Under the pieces are notes generated by a model, which was not told where the DNA came from, did not search any database, and was given only the letters and a program-made list of their open reading frames with translations. 64,000 nucleotides of DNA from positions 120,652,001 to 120,716,000 of the forward strand of contig NC_042998.1 in assembly GCF_006345805.1 (NCBI RefSeq). Reading direction: 5' to 3'. Positions 1 to 12,330 of this stretch are shown here, one piece after another (position 1 is the stretch's first letter; the number at the start of each line of letters is the position of its first letter). This DNA comes from Octopus sinensis. Its lineage: Eukaryota. The position numbers and the translations under genes are program-made.

Positions 1-130
1 GAAGTTCAGCTGGCCATCACTCAAATCGAATGGCTTTGTCATGTTTTTGCTGACTGTTTAAGGTACCTGTGTAATTGTGAGCAGATATAAACAACCTCTT
101 ATCCTTGTCATCTGTTTCTTGGCAACTCAG

Positions 131-228
131 GCAGTAATTCTGCTGAATAGCAAACTACAATCCCACATGTACAGACCACATCACAAGTAATAGAGGACCT
201 TGTCCCAGGTTCAACATATCAGTTCTAG
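131..228 (+). pseudogene. FN3-domain exon remnant of the Trio/Kalirin gene, with two in-frame TAG codons (148-150, 226-228)
   Basis: Follows a pyrimidine tract and CAG acceptor (ends at 130). Translates as (G)SNSAE*QTTIPHVQTTSQVIEDLVPGSTYQF*, which resembles the Kalirin FN3 segment as I recall it (GSQIWQQSVASTLDTYLVIEDLSPGCPYQFRV). Similarity stops after YQF, where a SINE-like fragment begins. Confidence 0.7.
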
Positions 229-239
229 GGTGGGAAGGG

Positions 240-412
240 AAAGGGCTACATCAACACTTGGCTAGTATTCATTGCAGCTGAGCAAACTAGAGTAGTGTGG
301 TGAAATGAAGTGTTTGCTCAAGGCCACAACATGCAGCCCTGTTCAAGAACTGAACTTATGACTTGATGATCATGAATCAAAGCTCCAATTACTAGGCTGT
401 GTGCCTTCACAT
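240..412 (-). mobile_element. Degenerate SINE fragment
   Basis: Contains gaaatgaagtgtttgctcaaggccacaac, the reverse complement of the ttgagcaaaacacttcatttc core in the SINE at 15785-16040. Confidence 0.5.
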
Positions 413-1272
413 TGTCACTGTAGCAGTGTAACATTGCCACTATGGTAGTGTAATAGATATAGAAGCTTTGCTACTAACACTGTCAGGGGAACAGTGTTTA
501 AGCTGTCAGCTGTGCAATGTATCATTGTCATTAGGTCAGTGTAGTATGGTCACTATGGCAGTATAACATTGTAATTTACATAGTGTAATACTGTTGCTTG
601 GGCAGTGTAATATGTTGACCAGACACGAACCTTCTTCCTCAGTTATGGAGTTTCAGAATAATGAACAGAATGAATATCTAACTTAAATAAATGTTTAACT
701 AGTTTATTGGGTCAAAAGTCTCTACATCGACCACAAGTACTCTTTATCACTTATAATTAGCTTTAGATTCAGTTGAGTTTAGTGGGTAACAGAACGGTCT
801 ACTCTCCTATGCAGTTAGACAACTTATTGCCAAAAATGTGTTAGCTCATCTACACAGCTAGACACAGTGAGACATATAAATAGTGTCTTTCAGTATGTTG
901 ATCAAGTAGACCTGTGATCTATGAATTTTATACTGCAGTATCAAATGTCACTTTTGAAAATGGTAGATGTTTAAAAGAGGTTTGGCTGCTAATTTTAGTA
1001 GATCGAGCAATCATGCAGTGACTTTCTTGTTGGTTTGTTAGTATAAAGTTAATGCTTATCATCTAAGACATTTCAGACATGACCATCTTGTTTTTAGTGA
1101 TGTATAGGACTACAGTATGTAAATATGTTCTGTATAAGATAGTAGGGTGCATTTTGAGAGAAATTTATTTGCTATGTCTAGCAACTCAAACGATGATACG
1201 AAGGTTTTTGTCATTGGTGTGTCTGTCGTAAGTAGAAATAATCGCAAGAATTACTTCCCTTGTACTTTATAG

Positions 1273-1308
1273 CTAGTGTTAGTGGTCCCAATGTTGAGCG
1301 ATCTGAAG
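1273..1308 (+). CDS. Candidate 36-nt symmetric (phase 1-1) micro-exon of Trio/Kalirin
   Basis: Acceptor cttcccttgtactttatag, open frame (x)SVSGPNVERSE, donor gtgata (weak). Joins in frame to the exon at 2739. No homology support. Confidence 0.3.
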
Positions 1309-2738
1309 GTGATAGAAAATTTGTTGTGAAATTATAATCTCACAATCATAGTAATTATTAATTAAATGGACAGCAGTTCACATTAAGATGTCCTCAAAAT
1401 ATCACCCATCATTCTATGATAGCTTCATGTTATTGGTACATTGTGATTGATGGTTTTATATAGCTGTATGAGTTTCAACAAAGGAACCTCATCTGTTAAA
1501 CAAGACCAAGAACAGATCTTTCTATAGGAATTTTAAAACAAAGAAAATTCTAATTTGAGGTACAAGGTTGCTAGGAAGGTAGAATGTGTCTTTGACCAGT
1601 GAGGAAGATATTATTTGTATTTTTTAGCTGCCTTCTTATGCCATAAAAGCCGCCTGACTGATAATTTAACCTCCACTCATCGACAAGCTACTACCATAGA
1701 GCCATCAATGAACTGAATTTTTATTGTATAGACACATAATCTTTAATAGCACTGAAACGGCACCCAAAAGATTGCTCTTCCTCTCCAGAACCAGAGGAAG
1801 ACCTCATGGTAGTTATGGGCAAACTGTGGTCTGTGGGACTTTCTGACTGGCATGCCCAACAAAAAATTACCTTTATTTGTTTTAGTAGTGCTGCCAACCT
1901 GATGATGAACCATGTCTCATGCAACCTGCATCTTGGGAAAGTTTGCCTATGCCTACTCTGTGGACTCACTCATCTTGCTAGAAATACCAGCCAGATTTCT
2001 TCAGATCAGACTCTATCATAAATGCAAAAAGATATATTGAACTATAAAGTCACAATTTATGCAAAACGATGGGATTGTCATGCCTGGACTTCCCTTGATC
2101 ACATATCTAGTCAATCATGACTGACCTGCAGCTAAGTAACATCAACTTTAGCTCTCAGCAGTTGCTAAACCTCTGTAAAGCCATTTTGGATTATTGGTGT
2201 TGCTACTGTTACACTCCCCCACAAACATCATATATAGTCTTTAAAAAATTCTGGAAGAGCCATTTCTAAGGAGGGTTAATACCTATAATCTTCTCCTATA
2301 CTAAAGAATCACTCACACAATGAAACAAAGAATGACTAGCAAGATGAGGCATTGGAACTGTTGGCTTGGTGGTTGCAAGTTCAAATCTACTGCTCGTGTT
2401 TTATTGCACTCTTTAGGAATTGTTTTTAATTTCTTAACAGCTGAGACTCGCAATATCTCCAGTAATCTAGGTTCTATCTAGGAGCAGGTTTATCGTCATC
2501 TATTTAACCCTTAAGAAACAATAGGTGTCTACAGTTACTGTCACTCTACATTCATTGTCCCTTCAGAAGTTATTCTAAAACTCATTGTTCCTTATAAAGG
2601 TAGTCACTGTTCCCCATTAAGGTATCTCTACACTGACAGCCCCTTAAAAAAATCATCTCTATAAACAGTAGACACACTCATTTACAATATGTCATCTTGA
2701 TTTTCTGTTGTCATTGTGCTATTTTTTTGTCTTTGTAG

Positions 2739-2823
2739 AATTAAGCGGGCGTGAAGAAATGGTTGGTGCCATTTGGAAAGCAACATTTCATTATGATTAC
2801 AATGAACTTGAGGAACTTGGCAG
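2739..2823 (+). CDS. Trio/Kalirin exon: linker and start of kinase domain (ELSGREEMVGAIWKATFHYDYNELEELGR)
   Basis: ttgtAG acceptor and GTtggt donor; 85 nt. W-K-x-x-F-x-x-x-Y-x-E-L-x-E-x-G-R matches the Trio/Kalirin kinase entry. In frame with the next exon. Confidence 0.9.
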
Positions 2824-4229
2824 GTTGGTATTGATATCAAACAGTAGAACAATACACAATGACAGGTATCTTGTGTGAAGGTTGAAAATGATGTAGTTTA
2901 GTGTGTGTTACCACTCCAGTTGAATCACAGTACCTGATATCATTGTGTGTCAGTTGCTATTGATATAGTTTATTGTAAATTACCACCAAAGATATACACA
3001 GTGATAGATACCATGTGTAGATTAGGATTAATATAGTTTACTGAGGGTTACCACTTCAAACATGACACTCTGCTAATCTCATTTGTGTAGGATGGAATAC
3101 AGTGTATTTAGTGAGATATCACCGTCCAACCCATGCTAGCATGGAGAACGGATGTTAAACGATGATGATGATTTAATGTTGAGAGAAATATTGGTTTCAA
3201 ATTTTGGCACCAGGCCAGCAATTTGGGGGGAAGAGATGAATTGATTACATTGACCACAGTGTTTTTGTTGACTCCAAAAAGATGCAAGGTAGAGTGGACC
3301 CCATGGCATTTGAACTTAGAATGTCAGAACAGAAGAAATGCCACTTAGCATTTATTCCAGCACAGTAACTATTATGTCAGCTCACAACCTTAATGTTGAG
3401 AGAAATCTTACCAATGAACTTTATTGAGCTTTTTTTTTTTTTCAATTCTGCTGTTGCTGTTGTGTAAATACTCCAGACTGACCCCTTATTCATTCTAGTG
3501 CCTGTTAGGGAAAGTTTGAAATACTAAATTATATGCTTCAGCTAGACTCAGAAGGTGAAGTGTAATCAGTGGTGGATGTAGTCAAAGATAAAATACAATG
3601 GTTTGATCAGATAATTTTCTGATTGTGTTAGGTTACAACAGATTCCCTTGAAGATAGTAACATAGTAAATTCCATTGTCTCGACCATGGTCGAACAATGA
3701 TGATGATGATGAAGATTTTTATTTGTATTTGATGCTAAAGTAGTAGATACCATAAAGTCTATAACTTGATAGGCCTGAAGCTACAAACTATTCTTGTAAC
3801 AGATGAACTGTATGATATGCATATCAGATGTGTGAAACATTGGATGTGATGGTAATGAATGGGATGGTAGAGAGTAAGATCTTGAATGTGACTCATTTGA
3901 TATGCAATATGAAACTTAAAAGATAAGTTAATAAGGGAAAATACACTGTTAGAACTACTTTAAATTTTTGTTCACTTGTTTGTAAGAGATGTTAGTATGA
4001 TAAATTGTCAAAATTCCAAGATGTATCAGGCCAGAGCTACTCTTACCTATATTGAAAAATAACATTATTCTCTCCCCAATATATTATACAAAAAGCACAT
4101 TTCAGGATTAAATTCTAAAGTTGGTTGTTCTATTAGTTTATTTATTTCATCTTTTCATGATTTTTAAAATTATTTTCTAGTTTAAAATATGTTTACTTCA
4201 ACTTATTGTTCCTTATCTCCTAATTTCAG

Positions 4230-4430
4230 AGGTCGATTTGCTGTAGTCAAAAGATGTGTCCAGAAATGCTCAGGACAGGAGCTGGCTGCCAAATGTATCA
4301 ACCGCAAGCACTTATCCAAGGAAGCTATTGAAACAGAGTTTAATACATTACAAAGTCTTTTTCACACGCATTTAGTTAAAGTGTTCGATTTATATGAGAC
4401 AAAAACAAATTATATCTTGCTAATGGAGAT
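4230..4430 (+). CDS. Trio/Kalirin kinase exon (GRFAVVKRC...LAAKC...YILLME)
   Basis: tttcAG acceptor and GTaagt donor; 201 nt. Encodes the Gly-rich loop, the AAK lysine and the alphaC glutamate. Confidence 0.95.
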
Positions 4431-5114
4431 GTAAGTCTATTTGTTATTTCAGCTCTTATTCGCCTTTCAATGAATTTTTCAATTGTTTTCCCCCAGAAGT
4501 CATCATTATCATTACCATCGACAACAACAACACAATAACATCATTTTATTGTTATGCACTGGGTACATCTGCCATACAATATGCAGTATGTCACCAGTCA
4601 TCTGATGTTCTGTATGATTAAATAGCAGAGACATTAGTACTAATTATCCTTCCTCCCATCACCCATTATCAGAGTAAACTTGGTGCATTTATTGTGCTGC
4701 TGTTTCTAGAGAGATTGTCTATCAGGACAACTTTAATTCAGAATAGCTGCTATCCTATATATGTTATAGCCACTGTGACTTGGAAGCCATATCTCTGTTG
4801 TATTTTGAGATAAAAGAATAATTTACATTGATAAATTTGTATGAATCAACTAGTTGTTAGATGGGCTTCTTTCAGTATTATCATTTCATTATCATTTTGG
4901 TTATAAAGAAAAAAACGATATACTATTAGCCCATAATTAGAGTGAAGGGGGAGAATAGAGATACACATGTTTAAAGATTATTTCATTGAAAAATGTAGTT
5001 CATAAAGAGAACATCGTTATTCTGAAATGTAAGTATGTAATGATATATATGTGTTTGTTTGCAGTGGAAAGAGTGTGTGTGTGTGTTTTTGTGTCTCTGC
5101 TAAACTATGTTTAA

Positions 5115-5333
5115 CTCTTGATACCAATCTGGCTGAAACATGTCTGGCTCTGTAGTACAAATGTCTTGTTTTCAAAAGTTCTGAATTATAATCTTCCACC
5201 AAACCTTAGTCGCAATTTATGTTCCTAACACTAGCTTAATGATAACTAAGTTGTTTTACTAAATTCTTTGTTATATTTAAAATTAATTGAAAGAAACACA
5301 GAGTATCTCAACAGAAATATGGTAACAAAAGGG
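5115..5333. mobile_element. piggyBac-like MITE
   Basis: TTAA on both flanks and ends CTCTT...AAGGG. Related copies lie at about 29595-29825 and 32599-32817. Confidence 0.5.
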
Positions 5334-5844
5334 TTAAGGCATTCTTTTTTTATGTGGATGCATAAAATAAGCTAGTGAATTTTGAAAAGTAGATGGATGG
5401 CAAATGAATAAAGATGACATAAGATTGAGGGGCTCCACTAATTTTGTCAAGGACATGACAGCATCTTTAGTGCTAGTACCATGATAAAATGCACCCAGTA
5501 CATTCTGTGCAGTAGTTGGTGATAGAAAGGGCATCCAGCCTTAGAAGCAAGCTGAAATTGAAACATATAAGCAAAACAAAAACCTCCAACCTGTCTTGGA
5601 GGACAATAATTCTGCATAAGCACTGACTTTGATTGTAACAAGCCAGCTTGGATGTACAACAATGATGCTCAGATAAAAAGTGTTGTCTTTTCAACCTCGT
5701 TCATCTACTCCTCTATTTCTGCGCAGATCATAAACCCCTTATTAGTTATTTTCATTATGCTTGAACGGAGATGTGCTGCCTCCAAGAAGTAAGGTGGAGA
5801 GGAGGTTCCACTAGGTTCCTCACAGGCAAAGAACACAGTACTGC

Positions 5845-6035
5845 CTGACTGGCCCTCGTGCCGGTGGCACGTAAAAGTATCTGTTACACTCTCGGAGTGG
5901 TTGGCGTTAGGAAGAGCATCCAGCCATAGAAACCATGCAAATCAGACTAAAGTCTGGTGCAGCCACTCAGCTTGTCAGCCCTGGTCAAACCGTCCAACCC
6001 ATGCCAGCATGGAAAACAGACATTAAATGATGATA
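5845..6035 (+). mobile_element. RTE-type LINE 3' UTR/tail fragment
   Basis: ccggtggcacgtaaaa...ggcgttaggaagagcatccagc...ccgtccaacccatgccagcatggaaaacagacattaaatgatgat. The same tail follows RTE RT coding sequence at 43320-45200. Confidence 0.7.
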
Positions 6036-6230
6036 AGATATATATATATATATATAGATATAGATACACACACGTGTAAATATAATCAATCAGAAAGGAG
6101 CTCTATCTCACTCAAAATATCTTTTGATAAGCATAACAAATGCGCAACCGGTAAAAAGAACTTTCACCTAATTAAATACACTCTCCCTTACTTAAATTAT
6201 TTTGTCAGCATTTTCTTCATTTCCTTTTTT

Positions 6231-6278
<48 letters not shown>

Positions 6279-6436
6279 GTGTATTTTGAAATAATAGCAT
6301 GAAATTTAATCTCAAAAAATTCCTCACGAAAATATATGTGTTTGAAATAGTATTGTATTAAAAATATATGTAAATATATGAAATATGACAGTTGAAAAGT
6401 TTGGTAATTAATGCATCTTACGATTGTTTCGCAAAA

Positions 6437-6441
<5 letters not shown>

Positions 6442-6481
<40 letters not shown>

Positions 6482-6482
6482 C

Positions 6483-6520
<38 letters not shown>

Positions 6521-6639
6521 CTATACATATATATATATACTATATATATATATATATATTATATAATATATATACATATATAATATATATATATAATATA
6601 CATATATATATATATACACATATATTATATATATATACC

Positions 6640-6700
<61 letters not shown>

Positions 6701-6855
6701 TATATATATACACATATTATATATATATATATATATATATACAATATATATATATATATATATATACATATATACACATATATATATATATATACATATA
6801 TACACATATATATATATATATACACATATATATATATATACATATATATATATAC

Positions 6856-6953
<98 letters not shown>

Positions 6954-6954
6954 C

Positions 6955-6999
<45 letters not shown>

Positions 7000-7097
7000 C
7001 ATATAATATATATATATATTATATACATATATATATAATATATACATATATATAATATACATATATATATACCATATATATATATATATATACATAC

Positions 7098-7143
<46 letters not shown>

Positions 7144-7192
7144 TATATATATATACATATATATATATATACATATATATATCTATATATAT

Positions 7193-7224
<32 letters not shown>

Positions 7225-7262
7225 CATATTATATATATATATACATACATATATATATATAC

Positions 7263-7355
<93 letters not shown>

Positions 7356-7356
7356 C

Positions 7357-7401
<45 letters not shown>

Positions 7402-7461
7402 CATAATATATATATATATATACATATATATATTATATATACATATATATATATATATATA
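6442..7461. repeat. About 1 kb interrupted (TA)n/(TACA) microsatellite array
   Basis: Seen directly; accounts for the YI-repeat ORFs. Confidence 0.98.
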
Positions 7462-7462
7462 T

Positions 7463-9297
7463 GCCCCGACCTGGGACGTAGTCAGTCCTGTGCATACCTT
7501 CCTTCTTGTGACACTTATGAAGACCTGTTGAGGCAAGTGAAAATCAAATCAAATCAAAACAAATCAAAATAGATGAACATCAGTGGAATTGTATTCTTTG
7601 TGGTACCAGTGCCGGTGGCACACAAGAAAACCACCCAAACGTGGCCGTAACCAGTACCGCATCGACTGGCCTCCGTGCTGTGGGCACAACAAACACCATC
7701 CGATCGTGGCCGTTCGCCAGCCTCATCTGGCACCTGTGCCGGTGGCACATAAAGACACCATCCGAAGACCCGGCGACGTAGTCAGTCCACCTGTGCATAC
7801 CTTCCCTCTTATGACACTTGTGAAGACCTGTTGAGGCAAGTGTGTGACACTTGTGAAGACCTGTTGAGGCAAGTGAAAATCAAAAATCAAAAATCAAAAA
7901 TCAAACCAAATCAAAATAGATGAATATCAATGGAATTTGTATCTTTGTGGTTCCAGTACCGGTGGCACACAAGAAAACCATCCGAAGTGGCCGTAGCTGG
8001 TACCGCATCGACTGGCCTCCGTGCTGTGGGCACAACAAACACCATCTGATCGTGGCCGTTCGCCAGCCTCACCTGGCACCTGTGTCGGTGGCACATAAAA
8101 ACACCATCCAAAGACCCGGCGACGTAGTCAGTCCACCTGTGCATACCTTCCCTCTTATGACACTTGTGAAGACCTGTTGAGGCAGAGGCAAGTGTGTGAC
8201 ACTTGTGAAGACCTGTTGAGGCAGAGGCAAGTGTGTGTGACACTTGTGGAGACCTGTTGAGGCAAGTGTGTGACACGCGTGACACTTGTGAAGACCTGTT
8301 GAGGCAAGTGAAAATCAAACCAAATCAAAATAGATGAACATCAATGGAATTTGTATCTTTGTGGTTCCAGTACCGGTGGCACACAAGGACACGCGTGACA
8401 CTTGTGAAGACCTGTTGAGGCAAGTGAAAATCAAACCAAAATCAAACCAAATCAAAATAGATGAACATCAATGGAATTTGTATCTTTGTGGTTCCAGTAC
8501 CGGTGGCACACAAGAAAACCATCCGATCGTGGCCGTTCGCCAGCCACATCTGGCACCTGTGTCGGTGGCACATAAAGACACCATCCGAAGACCCGGCGAC
8601 GTAGACAGTCCACCTGTGCATACCTTCCTTCTTGTGACACTTGTGAAGACCTGTTGAGGCAAGTGACACTTGTGAAGACCTGTTGAGGCAAGTGAAAATC
8701 AAATCAAATCAAAACAAATCAAAATAGATGAGCATAAATGGAATTTGTATCTTTGTGGTACCAGTGCCGGTGGCACACAAGAAAATCATCCGAACGTGGC
8801 CGTAGCCAGTACCGCATAGACTGGCCTCCGTGCTTTGGGGACGTAACAAACACCATCCGATCGTGGCCGTCCGCCAGCCTCATCTGGCACCTGTGTCGGT
8901 GGCCACATAAAAACACCATCCGAGCGTGGCCGTCTGCCAGCCTCGTCTGGCACCTGCCAGCCTCATCTGGCACCTGTGTCGGTGGCACATAAAAACACCA
9001 TCCGAGCGTGGCCGTCTGCCAGCCTCGTCTGGCACCTGTGTCGGTGGCACATAAAAACACCATCCGAGCGTGGCCGTTCGCCAGCCTCGTCTGGCACCTG
9101 TGTCGGTGGCACATAAAATCACCCACTACACTCTCGGAGTGGTTGGCGTTAGGAAGGGCATCCAGCTGTAGAAACACTGCCAGATCTGACTGGCCTGGTG
9201 CAGCCTTCGGGCTCCCCAGACCCCAGTTGAACCGTCCAACCCATGCTAGCATGGAAAACGGACGCTAAATGATGATGATGATGATGATGATGATGAT
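7463..9297 (+). mobile_element. Concatemer of RTE 3' UTR modules ending in one RTE terminus with a (TGA)n tail
   Basis: About four 300-450 bp units built from gacacttgtgaagacctgttgaggcaagt, (AAATC)n and about 62-bp gccagcct...gtcggtggcacataaaaacaccatcc repeats. Terminal segment at 9120-9297. Confidence 0.8.
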
Positions 9298-9315
9298 ATA
9301 TATATATATATACAT

Positions 9316-9349
<34 letters not shown>

Positions 9350-9366
9350 CATATATATATACATAC

Positions 9367-9397
<31 letters not shown>

Positions 9398-9410
9398 CAT
9401 ATATATATAC

Positions 9411-9500
<90 letters not shown>

Positions 9501-9815
9501 GTAGGCGCAATGGCCCAGTGGTTAGGGCAGCGGACTCGTGGTTGTAGGATCGCGGTTTCGATCCCCAGACTGGGTGTTGTGAGTGTTTATTGAGTGAAAG
9601 CACCTAAAGCTCCACGAGGCTCCAACAGGGGGTGGGGGGTGGCGATGCCTGCTGTACTCTTTCGTCACAACTTCCTCTCACTCTTTCTTCTGTTGGCCTT
9701 CTCGCTTAGCCAACGAGGTGACGCCATTTGAAGGCTAAAACAATGCAAAGCACATTGTGACCAGCGATGTGTAGCAACATCTGATAGCCTTGTTGGTTAC
9801 GGTGATCATGGTGAT
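9501..9815 (+). mobile_element. tRNA-derived SINE
   Basis: A box TGGCCCAGTGG (9511-9521) and B box GGTTTCGATCCC (from 9554), followed by a non-tRNA body. Sits at the edge of a (TA)n tract. Confidence 0.8.
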
Positions 9816-9949
9816 ATATATATATACATGTATGTATGTGTGTGTGTATACATGCAATAATCTAGTAGCTCTGCATCAGTGAGACTTCAAAAAAATATAG
9901 AAAAAAGTGAAAGGGGTTCAGTGAACTTGGGCCGTGACGAGTGGAATAT

Positions 9950-9980
9950 CCAATGTTTCGGATTCAATCCTTCATCAGGG
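9950..9980 (-). ncRNA. Minimal type I hammerhead-ribozyme-like motif
   Basis: Minus strand reads CC-CUGAUGA-A-GGAU(UGA)AUCC-GAA-ACAU-U-GG. Core and stem II are intact. Stem III ACAU may be a CpG-decayed ACGU, and stem I is only 2 bp. Confidence 0.6.
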
Positions 9981-10513
9981 GGTAGAGAAAAAGAGAAGAA
10001 AGTCAAAATGAGTTTACATCCTCTCATCTTGAAAAACTGGCTGCAACATCCATTATCAGTTGCACTCCTCACAGCAAGTTCATTGTACCCCTTTCACTCT
10101 TTTGTATATATATATATACATGCATGCATACATACATACACATCTTGTCATAATGCTGTCTCAGAGATATGTATGGCCTTTGTTTTGTTTGTATATTATA
10201 TTCATACCAACTACTTGTGTCTTGTTTATTTTCATTGCTATCTACTACATTCACTCATTATTCCTAGCAGCTTTTTGCTGTTGACACCACCAAAATGAAC
10301 AATATTATCATAAAAGGCATGAAACTGTAGTGATTTTTGGACGATAACTGACAAGGAATGAGTGTGTCCATGTCTTGTGTGTAAACTCTCTGTTCTCTTG
10401 TACTTCTGTTCAATTTTGTTTGTGTACACACACACACCAACATATATATGCTTGTAAAGTAATTATAACATTTCATTCTCACTCAAGACTATTGCCTTCT
10501 CTTTTGTTGGCAG

Positions 10514-10652
10514 CATTCCTTCTGGTCGTTTGTTTGAATTTATCTGTATCCGAGGACATTTCGATGAACTACAAGCTGCTGAGTATGTCCAACAAATACT
10601 GGATGCCATTCAGTATTTGCACAACTGTCGGATTGCTCATTTGGACATTAAG
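10514..10652 (+). CDS. Trio/Kalirin kinase exon (IPSGRLFEF...YLHNCRIAHLDIK)
   Basis: ttggcAG acceptor and GTttgt donor; 139 nt. Phase-compatible with both neighbours. Encodes the catalytic loop HLDIK. Confidence 0.95.
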
Positions 10653-11339
10653 GTTTGTTTCTGGATTTTCCTTTTTTATCTTTTATTTGTTTCAGTTATT
10701 TGACTGCAGCCTTGCTGTGGCACCATCTTGAAGGAGTTAGTCAAACAAATCAGCTGCAGTCCTTTTCTTCTTTTTTTTTAGTTTGATATATATTCTATTG
10801 GCCCCTTTTGCTGAACTGTTAAGTTACAGGGACATAAACAAACCAACACAGTTGCCATGTGGTAGTGGGTGGGAAAACACGGGGACACACACATACAATG
10901 AACTTCCACAGTTTCTATCTACTAAATATCTCATAAGGCATTGGTTTGCTTGGCACTGTAGTAGAAGACATTTGCCCAAGCCATCACACAGTGGAACTGA
11001 AGTTGAAACTATGAGTTTCTTAACCACACATCTATGCATTTTGTTTTTGTTTTGTTTTTTTATTGTGACTTACTCAGATAAAGGACAAGGATAACACCTT
11101 ATTGTGATCATTCGTCTTTTGGTTTCCTGTAGCTTTGCTCTCTTTTACAAACCCAGTGAACATATATTTCCTATTTCAAAGAAATTCAAACAATAGATAT
11201 AAGACCCAAGTTAAAAAGATTCTCAACAATTCAACTTCTCTGGTTGACATTAAGATCCCCACCCCCATCAGGGGCCTTAACTCTCACATTTTAGAGCTTC
11301 ATGACCGTCATTTTTCAGAAGCAAAATCTTTTTAACAGG

Positions 11340-11562
11340 TTCAATAAGACTGGAATTTTGGAATATGTGCATAAAAATCAGTATTATGGGATACATGTGG
11401 CACGATTACAATTTTTTTAGGGTGTGTAAAGAGGGAAATAACCCTCATCTGCAATTTTGATGAAATTCGAAACAGATATTCCAGTTCATTACAGAAAATA
11501 TAACAGAAAAGTCTAATTCTTCAATTGCATGTAACACAGGCAACGCCAGGTATTTCTACTAG
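11340..11562 (+). mobile_element. Helitron-like 3' end
   Basis: GGC-aac-GCC hairpin (11539-11547), then CTAG (11559-11562) abutting T of a (TA)n run. The 5' boundary is uncertain. Confidence 0.5.
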
Positions 11563-11574
11563 TATATATATATA

Positions 11575-12330
11575 TATCATCATCATCATCATCATCATTT
11601 AACGTCTGCTTTCCATGCTAGCATGGGTTGAACGATTTGACTGAGGTCTGGCGAACCAGACTCTAATCTGATCTGGCAGAGTTTCTACAGCTGGATGCCC
11701 TTCCTAATGCCAATCGTTCCTAGAGTGTAGTGGGTGCTTTTATGTGCCACCAGCACAGGGGCCAGTTTGGTGGTACTGGCAATGGCCACGCCCAAATAGT
11801 GCTTTTTATGTGCCACCTGCACAGGAGCCAGTCCAGTGGCACTGGCAACAACCTCGCTCAAATGTTTCATGTGCCACCAGCACAAGTGCTAGTAAGGCGA
11901 TGTGGTAATGATCATGCTCAAATGGTGTGTTTAATGTGCCATTGGCACGAAGGCCAGCTTGTTGCTCTGGCAATGATCTCACTCATGTGGTACTCTTAGT
12001 GCTCCACTAGCAACATACCTTTCCTTCTTGGGACACAGAACTCCACTTGCGAAGACCCGTTGAGGCAAGTGAAAATCAAAATCAAAATCAAACCAAATCA
12101 AATCAGATATCAGAAAGCAGAACCAAAATCGAAGTCGATCAACATCAATGGAAATTGCAGCTGTGATACCAGTGCCGGTGACAAGTAAGCGAACCATCCG
12201 ACCGTGGCCGTTGCCAGCACTGCCCCGACTGGCCTCCATGCCGGTGGCACGTAAAAAGCACCATCCATTCGTGGCCGTTGCCAGCTTCGCCTGGCCCTCG
12301 TGCCGGTGGCACATAGCACCATCCGTTCAG
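11575..12330. mobile_element. Two RTE 3' UTR fragments in opposite orientation (minus about 11575-11990, plus about 12020-12330)
   Basis: Starts with (CAT)n and the reverse complement of the RTE terminus. The right part has gaagacccgttgaggcaagtgaaaatc(aaatc)n in + orientation. Confidence 0.7.

Noticed and set aside
1721-2021. Overlapping ORFs on both strands that could be exons
   Set aside because: No Trio/Kalirin similarity and no convincing splice pair. Possibly a very old LINE fragment.
6424-7536. Long YI-repeat ORFs (also near 9150-9600, 13045-14041, 34896-35625 and 43022-43356)
   Set aside because: These are translations of (TA)n/(CA)n microsatellites, not genes.
7554-9252. Many overlapping 64-177 aa ORFs, and a CRISPR-like look from the repeated 29-bp gacacttgtgaagacctgttgaggcaagt
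   Set aside because: The sequence between repeats is itself repeated rather than unique spacer, there are no cas genes, and the context is eukaryotic. It is explained as RTE 3' UTR modules.
9501-9575. tRNA-like sequence with A and B boxes (also the heads at 15785, 26061 and 37895)
   Set aside because: No complete cloverleaf, and it continues into a SINE body.
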